From Schizochytrium sp. TIO01 (lineage: Eukaryota; Protista; Bigyra: Labyrinthulomycetes): a DNA stretch of 64,000 nt. Shown here one piece after another: positions 23,314 to 33,800 of the stretch (positions are counted from its first letter, which is position 1; each line of letters starts with the position of its first letter). Location of the stretch: assembly GCA_004764695.1 (NCBI GenBank), contig SMSO01000014.1, forward strand, positions 4,970,845-5,034,844. Reading direction: 5' to 3'. The notes under the pieces are model-generated. The model was not told where the DNA came from, did not search any database, and was given only the letters and a program-made list of their open reading frames with translations. The translations under genes were made by a program, and so were the position numbers.

Positions 23314-24906
23314 TTACTCGAGTCCGAGCTCGGTTGCGCGACCGTGGAACTGCTTCTCAATCTTGAGAGCGGCATTCTGCTTCTCACGAAGCTCGACCTG
23401 AAGCTTGGTAATGTCAGCCTTCATGGCGTCGAGGGAAGCCTTGGTCTTAATGAGTTCGGGGTCGTGCTCGGCCTTTGCGTGGGCAGTAGGTGAAGCGACC
23501 TCGTTGGCGGCGAGTTTGTGTTCGACGGCCTTCTCGAGCTGCTTGCGAAGCTGCAAGTAGGAGCGAACAACCTTCCACTCACCCTCCTCGGCCTCAGCTT
23601 CGGCATCACGGACAAGGAAGAAGGGAGCAGTGGCGACACCAAAGTGCTTGGCAAGAACTGCACCCTCACTGGTGGGGTCCAAAACGTTAGCTACGGCGGT
23701 GTAGCCAATGTAATCGGAGACGTTATCCTTGATGATCTTCTCAGCGACATCATTGCACTTACGGCAGTAGGTACCATCTTCGGTGAGCTTCTTGACCATG
23801 ATGGTGGCGATGTCCGTGTCGGGGTTCACGCGGGTGAGTCCGAGAGCCTTGACTCCGGTCTTCTCGAGGGATTCGGGTTTAAGAACCTGCTTAGGTGCTG
23901 CTGCCTTCTTGCCAGCCTTTGGGGTTGCAGGGGCAGCGGGTGTCTCGACGGGCTCGTGGGTCTCAACGTGCAGGCCGCACTCCTGGAACTTGCCTCCAAA
24001 GCGGCTGTTGCGCGGGTCTTCTCCTTCCTGAACAGGTCTGGAGGAGTGCCAATCTCCGACAGTGTGGTAGCCCTTAGCCTGGAGAGGGTGTGCGGGAAGG
24101 TCATGTTTGTCCATGTACTCCACAACGTCTTCATCAGTCATTCTGAGCATGGGCAAGAGCTTGAATCGTCCCTGCTGGTAGCTGACGGGCTTCATGCCGG
24201 CGCGAGCCTTGGTCTGGGATGCGCGGAGTCCGGAGAGGAGAACGAGCGGGTTGGGCTTGAGGGAATCAAGGCCTGCCTTGAGGGGCTCTACCTTGCGAAG
24301 TCTGCCGTAAAGGCTGTGGGACTCGGCGTCATCCTTCTCCCAAAGCTTGCCGTAAAGTGCCTCCATACGTGCCGGAGACCACTCAGTGTTTGAGGAGACA
24401 GTCAGGTTGAGGCCTAGGGTCTCACGAAGAGTCTCTGCGTATTGGTATGTCTCGGGCGGCAGGTAACCTGTGTCGACCCAGACAACGGGGATGTCAGGCT
24501 TCACCTGTGTGGCCATGTGCAAGAGCACGGCGGACTGGATTCCGAAGGAGGTGGACATGGCAAGACGTCCATCGAACTCCTCCATCGCCCAGCGCAGCAC
24601 GTCAAGAGGGTCGCGCTCCACGCGCAACAGTTCTCCGTTCATGCGCTCGAGCTCAGACGCGGTGTCCACCACTTGCGCCGGCTCGTGCACCATGGCGGCG
24701 GTGCTAAGCTGTTGCTTCTGCTGCACGCGCTGGGCATCGCGGATGGAGCCCGGTGTGACGCTGGCGGCGGAGAAGCTGCGGACGGCAACGAGGCCCTTGG
24801 AGGCGTTGCTGCCGCGCCACGAGCGGCCAGTGACCTGCTGCAAGGCACGCTTACGGTCGCCGCCACGAACTGCGCTCAGAGCGCCTCTGCCGAGCGACCT
24901 GTACAT
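23314..24906 (-). CDS. cysH: PAPS/APS reductase (CysH/Met16 type, no Fe-S cysteines) fused to a C-terminal CxxC thioredoxin-like domain and coiled coil; N-terminal transit-like peptide
   Basis: STSFGIQSAVLLH, VDTGYLPPETY, RKVEPL, SGLRASQ, HPLQAKGYHTVGD, SRF...ECGLH (23968-23982). CRKC at 23755-23766. First ATG at 24906 gives 530 aa. Strong GC3 codon bias. Confidence 0.93.
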   Translation of the reverse strand: MYRSLGRGALSAVRGGDRKRALQQVTGRSWRGSNASKGLVAVRSFSAASVTPGSIRDAQRVQQKQQLSTAAMVHEPAQVVDTASELERMNGELLRVERDPLDVLRWAMEEFDGRLAMSTSFGIQSAVLLHMATQVKPDIPVVWVDTGYLPPETYQYAETLRETLGLNLTVSSNTEWSPARMEALYGKLWEKDDAESHSLYGRLRKVEPLKAGLDSLKPNPLVLLSGLRASQTKARAGMKPVSYQQGRFKLLPMLRMTDEDVVEYMDKHDLPAHPLQAKGYHTVGDWHSSRPVQEGEDPRNSRFGGKFQECGLHVETHEPVETPAAPATPKAGKKAAAPKQVLKPESLEKTGVKALGLTRVNPDTDIATIMVKKLTEDGTYCRKCNDVAEKIIKDNVSDYIGYTAVANVLDPTSEGAVLAKHFGVATAPFFLVRDAEAEAEEGEWKVVRSYLQLRKQLEKAVEHKLAANEVASPTAHAKAEHDPELIKTKASLDAMKADITKLQVELREKQNAALKIEKQFHGRATELGLE

Positions 24907-26795
24907 TCTGGCTGCTGGTGTTGCTCTGACTGAGAACTGTGAACTGTGAGTTGGGTTGTTGTTTTGGCTGCTTCGAGGACCTCGGAGACCGCCACGCTCT
25001 CGCACGCAGACGATCTATGTGTCAAGCAAGCAAGTTGTCGATGAGGGTCTTTTGCTGCTGTTCTGCTGCTCTGCAAAACCACGCCAAGAGCTTTAGACAG
25101 GAGAGAGAATCTGGTCAAGCTGTTGCTGTTGCTGCTACTGCTGCTGCTGCTGTAGGTGGCAGCGGCGACGAGCTTGCTGAACACGACTCGGGCTCGCTCG
25201 AGTTTGCTGTTTGCTTGAGCCTGGCTGGACGCCGTCCACTTCGCCGCTTAGACTTTCTTTTCTTTTCTTTTCTTTTCTCTTGTCTTGTCTTGTCTTGTCT
25301 TGTCTTCTTTTCTTTTCTGTCTTTTCTTTCTACTAACAGAGAAAAAGAAAGAAAAAAAGAAAAGAAAAAAAAAGGAAAGTGAATAGAGATGAAAAAAGAT
25401 GACTTTCCTTACCCTGACTTGACTTCTTCTTGTGCTCTTCTTCGCCTGCCTTTGATAAGCCGTGCGTTGCTGCGAAGTCTGCCTCGAAAGACGAGGAGCG
25501 CGCACACTCCCTCTTTGGTCGACTTAAAACCAGCTTTAGTGGCCTTGTGCTTCGATTGATGCGGCCTTCAACGAATGAATGAATGAATGAACGAATGAAT
25601 GAAAGAAGAAACAAAGAAGTGATCACCCTTAAAAACTTTTTAAATACCGGCGACAACAGTCAATAACAATCAATACTTATTCTTATTCTTGGTATCGCTT
25701 TAAAAGGGCTTTCTCTTCTCTTCTCTTCTCTTTTCTTTCTTCCTCGCTTCCACTTTCTTAAGAAAGCTCTTCTGCTTTGCTCTTTGCTTTTGGCTTCGGG
25801 CTGCTCGATTTCGGGTCTGCTGCAGCAGCTCTTCGGCCGCGTGGTCCTGGAGCGAGCGAGGTCTTCAGATGACCTCCCTCTTCCTTCGCCGGTTTCCCTG
25901 TTCGTCCGCAGCCCTTCGAGATCCTTCCGTCGATCAATCATTCGCATTTCATCGACGGCCAATGCCAAATCCTCATTTCCCAACTAATCACAGACGGTCA
26001 GTCAGTCAGTCCCTTTCTCTTCCTCTTCCTTTTCTTCTTCTTCTTCTTCTTCTTTTTCTCTCTCCACTATTATTCGTTATTCCCCTTTCTACAAAAGAGC
26101 TCCAAAAACCAAAACTTTTTATAGTATAAGAAACCAAAGAAAAAAGAATGAAAAAAGAGAAACCAATCACTCAATCTATCTATTTATATATTTATGTATT
26201 TATGTATTTATCTATTTGTTTATTTATCTATCTGTATATGTATCAGTCTCAGCGTGTTCTCTCTCCACGTACTTTTCCTGCTCCTTTCTAAACCTCTCTG
26301 CCTCCTTTCTCTTCTTATCAGTACTTCCGCTCTCTTTTCTTGAACGGAACCCACTCCCGCCGCGCCTTCGGGCGAGTCTCCACGCGCCGCCGAAGTCCCG
26401 AGCTGCCGTCTATACAACTAATAGCTAGGCGAATGAACGTTTGAATGAATGAATAATTGAAATGAAATTGAATAATTGAATAATTGAATAATTGAGTTAA
26501 TGAATGAATGGATAAATGAATGAGTGAATGAAGCAATCAATTAATGTGGGTACGCGCAGAGCTTGCTTGAAAAGTTGAATGGTCCTCACGAGGAACAGCC
26601 AAAGTCAATCAACCCGCGTCCAAGCCGGCCGAAGTCAAAGAAAAGGCGAACCATTGACGGTGACGGTGACGCCGACAATGATGATGATGGTGATGGTGAT
26701 GGTGATGGCGATGATGGTGACCATCGCCGCCGCTCTTCAGAAAGTCTGCCTTTTCACCCAAGTTTTTTCTTGCTATTAATAAACTTTTAAGCAGA

Positions 26796-26920
26796 AAAAC
26801 AAAACAAAACAAAACAAAACAAAACAAAACAAAACAAAACAAACAAACAAAACAAAACAAAACAAAACAAAACAAAACAAAACAAAACAAAACAAAACAA
26901 AACAAAACAAAACAAAACAA
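26796..26920. repeat. (AAAAC)n microsatellite
   Basis: About 25 nearly perfect units. Confidence 0.97.
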
Positions 26921-29163
26921 AAAAACATTGTTTTCTTCTTGCTTTTCTTTCCCATTCACTGCTCAAGTCAGTCTTTCATAGGCGGAGACAGGGTAAGGAG
27001 ATAGAAGGCGAAGGAGGCGACTTTCTTGTCTTGTTCGTAGCACGATGATTGAAGAAGGAGAGAGCTTGGTTGGGTTCGTGGTACATTGATTGGAACACTG
27101 ACTCACTCACTCACTCACTCACTCACTCACCATCGCCGCCGCTTTGTTCGTTCATCAACCGTTTCTATTGCCTTGTCCTCGCGTTTATTTTGCTGATGTC
27201 GAAGAGGCACCTCAGAATAAGAAGAGGGAGCGGGTTTCATCATCTAGCGTTTTAAAATGAATCATTAAGCAAACGTGGATAGACATCACTGATTTCTTGC
27301 GAATGCGAGAAAGGAAATGATGCAGGAATGAAGAACGCTAGCGCCTTCTGCCTCCCTCGAGTCCTATTTCCTCTGTGCACACCCGCTCTCGAAGGCACGC
27401 ATTCACTCCTCCGCTGTAGTCGAACTTGAAGAGCCATCCGCACAACAGAAACAAACAAATCCATACGCAAGTCCATCTTTCCCATTATCTCTCTCAACTT
27501 AGCTATGTATGTATGTATATTCATCCTCACTTGCTTCATAATTCTTCTCCTTCTTCTTTAAAAAAGACAAAACAAAAAACACTTACCAATGAGTGAGTGA
27601 GTGAGTGTATTGTAATTAGTTGATTATACTTTTCTCTTTCTTGCCTCGCTAGAAAGGAGATCCGACGGGCCTCGCGGTAATCGTCCCGACCTCGCGAAAA
27701 CCTCGCTGAGAAGGCAGAAAGCCCGAGGCCCATGCATTAGCTGGTTAGAAGCAGCGTCGGGCTTTCTGCGTCCTTTTCCCCGGCACGGCGAGAGAGAGAG
27801 AGAGAGAGAGAGCTTAGGAACGAGAGAGAGAAAGAAGGAAAGCAGACGCAGCCGTGGAGCTAACCGTAGCTGATCTGTGTACTACTCAGTAGGTACGCGA
27901 AGTCCAGGAAAGAAAAGCTGAGGACCTACTGCTTAGTGCCCTTTACTTCTTCAAGAGAGCTGTTCCCGAGATAGAGGGAAACGTTTAAAACTTTTGCAGA
28001 AGTATTTCGTAGTTTAAAATTATTCAAGTTGTTTTTAAAGTAAAGTTTTGGTTTTATTTTCAAAATAAAAGAAAGAAAGAAAGAAAGAAAGAAATAAAGC
28101 CATCTTAGAGATCACTTTTCCTCAATCCTTCTATTCTTTCTAAAATCGAATTTATTTAGATTAATAAAAGGAATGAACTTACATTACACAGGGATAATTT
28201 AAAAAAAAAGAAAAAAAAAAAAGACTCGCACACTTACATCCATTATTATAAAAATATTGAGAGGGAAAGCAGAGGAAAGAATAGGAAATTAACAGCGAAA
28301 AGAAGACAGAAGACATCAAAGATGGAGGAAAGTGCATTTGACGTTTATCCCGTCGTTCGCTCACTCACTCGCTCACTCACTCACTCACCTTCGACAGTCG
28401 CTCTTCGGACAGTCCATCCCAAGAAACAGAGGCAGTACACCCTTCACGAACAGCCCACGACAGAGAAACAGCCGCTTTTAAGCAAACCTTTCAAGTCCAG
28501 AAACACGCCGCCTCAAACACAAACACACGTCTATCTCAAGTCCTTTTATTTTCGAGAGGAACAAAACCCAGGGAAAGCTGCCTTCTGTCCCCATCGACCG
28601 CTTCGACGTCACGGCCCTCCATGTTCCCCGTGTTACCCATAATGAAAAGGCGAGGAACTGGGATGAAGGACTCAGGAGAAGAGTCACAGGTCGCAGAGGG
28701 GGACAGATGGCAGGAGGCGGAGGGGAGAAGTGGAGGAGGAGCGAGGTTGCAGAAACGTCGAGGTGTTCTAACTTTGCTCGGCGGGAATGGAACGGGATTC
28801 TAGTTCAGGCAAGCAAGCAAGCGAACGACGAAGAGAACGAAGAGAACGAAGAGAAGAGAACGGGAGAACGGGATTCACCATTAGGCGCGATATGAGGGAA
28901 GGGCGTCGTTCTCAGCGTAAGCAGAGGAACTAGGAACTCGACATCGCATCTCAATGTAGTACCGATGTACCGGTCCACGGCGCTCGAGGCCTGCCTCTTA
29001 AGCGCCTCCCGAAGGCCCGCCCCAGCTTTCCAGGTACCTGTCCAGCCGGCTTTTCATCTGACACAGCCCGTCGGTTTCGAGGCGCTGCACGAGCAGGAGT
29101 TTCTTCGTTTCCGTCAGCCAATCCTATCTCTTCGCAAGTTCCTCTCAACATCAATGCATGCAC

Positions 29164-29164
<1 letters not shown>

Positions 29165-29206
<42 letters not shown>

Positions 29207-29270
29207 GTACATGTATATAAAATTTGCATATGTATGTGTATATATATACATACACGTAATATATATATGC
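29165..29270. repeat. (TA)n microsatellite with degenerate TA/TG flank
   Basis: Read directly. Confidence 0.9.
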
Positions 29271-30853
29271 ACATGATACGTGTGTATTGTGTACCTAATG
29301 CAATGCCAAAACCTGGATACTATGGAGGCTGCACGCCGGCTCCTCGAGCCCTCGCCATATCCGTACCGAGGCAGGCGCCTACGGGAGGGCACGCGGCCAG
29401 CCAGCTAGCTAGCCAGGCACGGGCCCCGGCCAGGCCCGGGGTCTTGCCAAGGAGGAGCGGGCCGCTGCCGGAACTGTGCCCCGGTCGGTGCCTACTGCCT
29501 GAGCTCCTTGCGCTGGAGACGGCGCGGCACGTGAGCGGAACCGGGCGCTTCGACGCCATATAGATGGGAACGGCACGCCAGGCAGAACAGAACGGCCCAG
29601 CAGAACGAACAGAACGACCCCTTGGAACACGCGAGGAGGAGGAACGCACGCACTCTAGCCCGCCTGCTATCTGCCCTTAGCTGGGGCTTCGGCACTGCTA
29701 GCGGCGCGTTCTCTCCGGGAGGGGTCGGCAAGAACGGAACGCAGCGAGATTATGATAGCTTAGCTCTAGGGAGCGGTAGGCGGTGGTAGCGGCAGGTAGC
29801 TGGCTCCTAGCGCCTCATCAAGTCGCCCGGTAGAGGCTGGTAGCAGTGGCTAGCGTGGAGGTAGGAGGTAAGGATGACCTCGAAGTGTCTGTTCTCTTCG
29901 GTCCGCACCCTGAGATGACTCTCTTTCTCTCTCTCTCTTCGATCGAAGCGGTTATGTTCTGGCCAATCTAGCATGGTTTTCATTCACGAAGACGTCTCGA
30001 CTCGCCAGCTTCGAGGCCTTTGGGATCGAGACGCGAGAACCACTCTGCAGAGGCCTCAGGCGGATATAGTTTCTTCAACTTGAGGCGATGCGTGTGCATG
30101 GGAAAGGCTGCTTCGCTTGCTTGAGCTCGCTTGGCCGCCTCCAAGCGGAGCTCAGTAGCGCCATCTTGAGGCGAGACCTGCTCCGTACAGGACCGCGCGT
30201 ACTCTGTCCTCATCGCGTGAATTTCGATAGTAGAGGAATACACGGGTTCCTGTGGGAGGGAAGCGCCTCTGCGAAGCACATAAGAACGGGTTGTGCAGTC
30301 CCTGATGGAGAGACCATCGTGGGTCGTGACGTCACTGACGTTTGCCTGCTCGCTGCCTTTCTTTTCGGCGTCGCTATTTTTAATAAAGGGAAACCTTTTT
30401 TAAATTAGAAAATGCTATTTAATTTAATTTATTATTTGAAAAAGAAAAAGAAAAAGTTTAAGGTGAAATGACTATTGTTAATTTAAAAGTTTTGTTATCA
30501 TCATTTTTCAGTTGTAAAAGGCAGTATAACTGTTTATTATTTGTACATGATGATAGATGATGGCGGAGGCATTGATGATTTTAGAACTGTAGAAAGTTCA
30601 AGTTGTTTTAGGACCTCTTCTTCGAAGATGATCACATGACGGAAAAGGTTGTCGGCCTGAGCTGCAAAGGCTGCAGGTCGTAATCTGAGTGTCTTCAGCG
30701 CCCCTTCAAAGTCAAAACACGTCCGTCTGAGCATCGTGATGTGCCATGATGGCAGCAAGAATAAGCAGTGCCAGCGTGTTCTAGTTCCGCGGCGCTGTTG
30801 CTCTGAATCCGACGCATTCGAAGCGCCTGAGGCCGGCTTTGCGTGAGTTAGGC

Positions 30854-30896
30854 GAAGAAGAAGAAGAAGAAGAAGAAGAAGAAGAAGAAGAAGAAG
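30854..30896. repeat. (GAA)n microsatellite
   Basis: About 14 units. Confidence 0.95.
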
Positions 30897-33800
30897 CAGG
30901 TACAGTTATGTCCATGTCACGGTATTCTGTCCGCTCAAGTTCCGCTCAGTTTGGAGAAAGAGAGTCTTTCGAGAAAGCGAAGGACTGACTATTGCTTTCA
31001 GTTTTGTTTTGCAGAAAACTATAAAATAAGAAACCAAGAAAAGTTTATTATCTGTTTTGGTGTTTAATTTAAATTTAATTTAAAATATCATATATTTAAA
31101 CATAGTACAGTGAAGGTAAAGGACATAGGTTGAGGTTTGAAGGCAGGAAACAATGGTCTTACGATCAGTCGAAGGATTTCAGACAGGTCGAAAGGCTTGC
31201 GTCGAGTTTCGAAACCACGATCACGGTCGAAGGGAAGGCGGGTCTGAGATCATTCCTGCCACAGTCGAGGTCCCAACGGCCGCTGTCGTTCGCGATCTCG
31301 AGGTTTTATCAAGAACAAGAAGAAGAAGAAGAATGGAAGAAGCCACGGATACGGAGGCGGTTCGAATTTGGCCCTTGGCTTCGCGACAAAACTTCGCTCT
31401 CGGCGGTTTGCGGAGATCGCGCTGGAAATCGACAAACTCTGCAGGTTATCAAGCCGTGCCGAAACGCGAGCGGGCAGAATCAGAGTCAGAATCAGAATCA
31501 GGAATCAGCGAAGCGGAGCAGCTTAAGAACCCCGCCGGAGGGTCGAAGGCTGTAATCTTGGTGCTGCTGCTGCTTCGAAAAGGGCGAATGCAGCGGCGCT
31601 CGAGACTGCGAGGATGGACGGACTACCAATTGGGGGGTGCGCTACGAGCAATTTTGAGCCTCTGCTTCTTCCTCCCCAAAGAACGCGATCGATTGATTGC
31701 AAGCTGCCGCTCTGAGACGAAGAGCGGACCGCAGGCCGCTTCAAGCAATGCGTGGCGTGGATGGACACCACCACCTCTGCGAGATCTTGGCGGAACTGGG
31801 AGCGGCGCCACGAGGAGGACGGGATCTCAGAGGCGGAATCGCAGCTGCGCTTTCTTGCGATGTGATTCTCACACGGAGGCGCCTGTCGCTGTTTGGCCAA
31901 CGATGGATTCCTCGTGTTTGCGCAACCAAAGAAAGAGCGAACTGGGTGTGCGTGCGAGGTACGCGCTGATTTGAATGTTTGAATAAATGTTTGAATGAAT
32001 AAATGTTTGAATGAATGAATGAATGAATGAACGAGCGAACTGGCGGCGTTTTTCCTAATTCTTGAAAACAACGCTTCAAGTTTGTCGTTGAACTCCAAGC
32101 TCCTTCTAAACTCGGCGCGCCGCTTCAACGAAGGGGCGAGAATTATCAAGCACATCAATTTGAGCGATCGCGAGTCCTCTCAGTTCTTGGAAACCCCCGT
32201 GAGCCAATGAAGATGGCGCCCCCCCGTGGTCTCGCAGGTGCCTGCCTGCCTGCCTGCCTTCCTGTGAAGGGAATTTGCCGCAAAGGCTGCAAATCTCGCC
32301 GACTGGCGTTGCTCCCAAGGCGGGAGGAACCCTACAGCTAAGCATCCAGGCCAGCCGCAGAGCAAGTGCGGTCCGCCAAAGCAGTTGAAGCAAGCTGCCA
32401 TCTATCGCAAAATCATCAACGCCAGCGAGGAGAATGCAAAATCAAATCAGCCAAATCACCAAAACACAGCACAGTACCAACGATGATTTCTATTTTTTTA
32501 GTTTTCGAGATATTTTTCTGTATATTTTTTTCTTTTATAAAATTATGTTTTTTTTGTTTGTTGTTTTTTTGCATTCTTAAAACTTACAATTTAAAAATAG
32601 TTTTAAAAATCTCTCTCTCTTTATATAAATGTATATTATTAGCATTTAAAATTAAAATGACAACATTAAAAAATCGTCATCTCATCACGGCACAGAAATA
32701 ATAAATTAAAAAAAAGCCTTGAGCAGAACTTGCTTCTTTCCTTTTCTTTCTTAATCATTAATTCATCGAGGTGAACCAAGAAGGGAATTCTTGAACTCCT
32801 CGCAGCTGAGCTGCAGTGAGCCATTCCAGGCACCTGCCTCACCACAAGGGCAACGGAAACAGGTGCCCAATGGCCTCAATTAAACTCGCGCCCTCAAAGG
32901 ACCTTCAAGAAAGGCCCCAGAGCCGCGGCCTTTTCCTGCCTTCGATTGAGAACGGCCTTCACCCGTGGAACGACTACCTACCAAGTCATCTTGGTATCCC
33001 TCTCGAGGACATTTCCACCGCTGCTAAGACCCCCTACTGTTTGCCGTATCATGACAGCTCCACGGAGTACCTAGCCAATAAAGCGCAGACACTGGTAGCC
33101 AAGCGAAGAACAGTGAAAACAATGAGAACAATGAGAACAGTGAGAACGTAGCTCGAGCTCTTGGCCGGTTCTGTGAAGCTCGCAAAGCTTGAGATCGACT
33201 CTACGCGCAGCTCCAAGACACCCAAACGGCGGCCGACAAGGCCGCGAAGAGGGTCGTACAGCAGCGGTTGATGAAAGGACATGGATATCTTCTTTGTGCA
33301 ACGCGCACGAACTTCAAAGATGCGACGCAGAGAAAGTCGTTCGAAGTGTTGAACTCTCATCGCACAATCTGGTTCTGAAACACATGAATGAACAAGGTAA
33401 TCTTTGCTTTGCTCTGCTTTGCTCTGCTTTGACTTAATTTGCGTTGCATTGCCTTAACTTGCGTTGCATTGCATTTGCATTTGTATTTGCGTGCAATATA
33501 AGTCTGCAAGAAGCCGAAGGGAGCCTTCGCCTCGCCATCGCGAGGCATCCATCCATCTCGGACGGGGCCTTTGTTTACGCCGCGACGAGGTGGAAATCAT
33601 CTCCATTTCGGCGCCTCTCGTACAGCTTCGACGCCGTTGTTATCACGGGCGTCGTTGACGGCCACTCAGATACACAGTAGATACAGACAGACAAACAGAC
33701 AAACAGACAGACAAATAGACAGACAAATAGACAGACGCGGCTGCTCTCGCGTTAAGAAGGCTCCCAAAGAGCATCTTCTCAATCATTTCTGAAGATAGAA

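Noticed and set aside
23421-24949. Long antisense and alternate-frame ORFs over the reductase (e.g. 23518-24393 +)
   Set aside because: Shadows of strong GC3 codon bias; no protein-like features.
29980-30758. Two minus-strand ORFs separated by an AT-rich block, as a possible spliced gene
   Set aside because: No convincing donor site and no recognisable product.
31130-32158. 273-aa and 211-aa ORFs
   Set aside because: Arg/Ser-rich, run through microsatellites, no domain or codon bias; expected in GC-rich non-coding DNA.
33082-33378. Protein-like frame with one internal TGA (ARKA*DRLYAQLQ...)
   Set aside because: Only about 100 codons, no start codon or homology; cannot be distinguished from chance.
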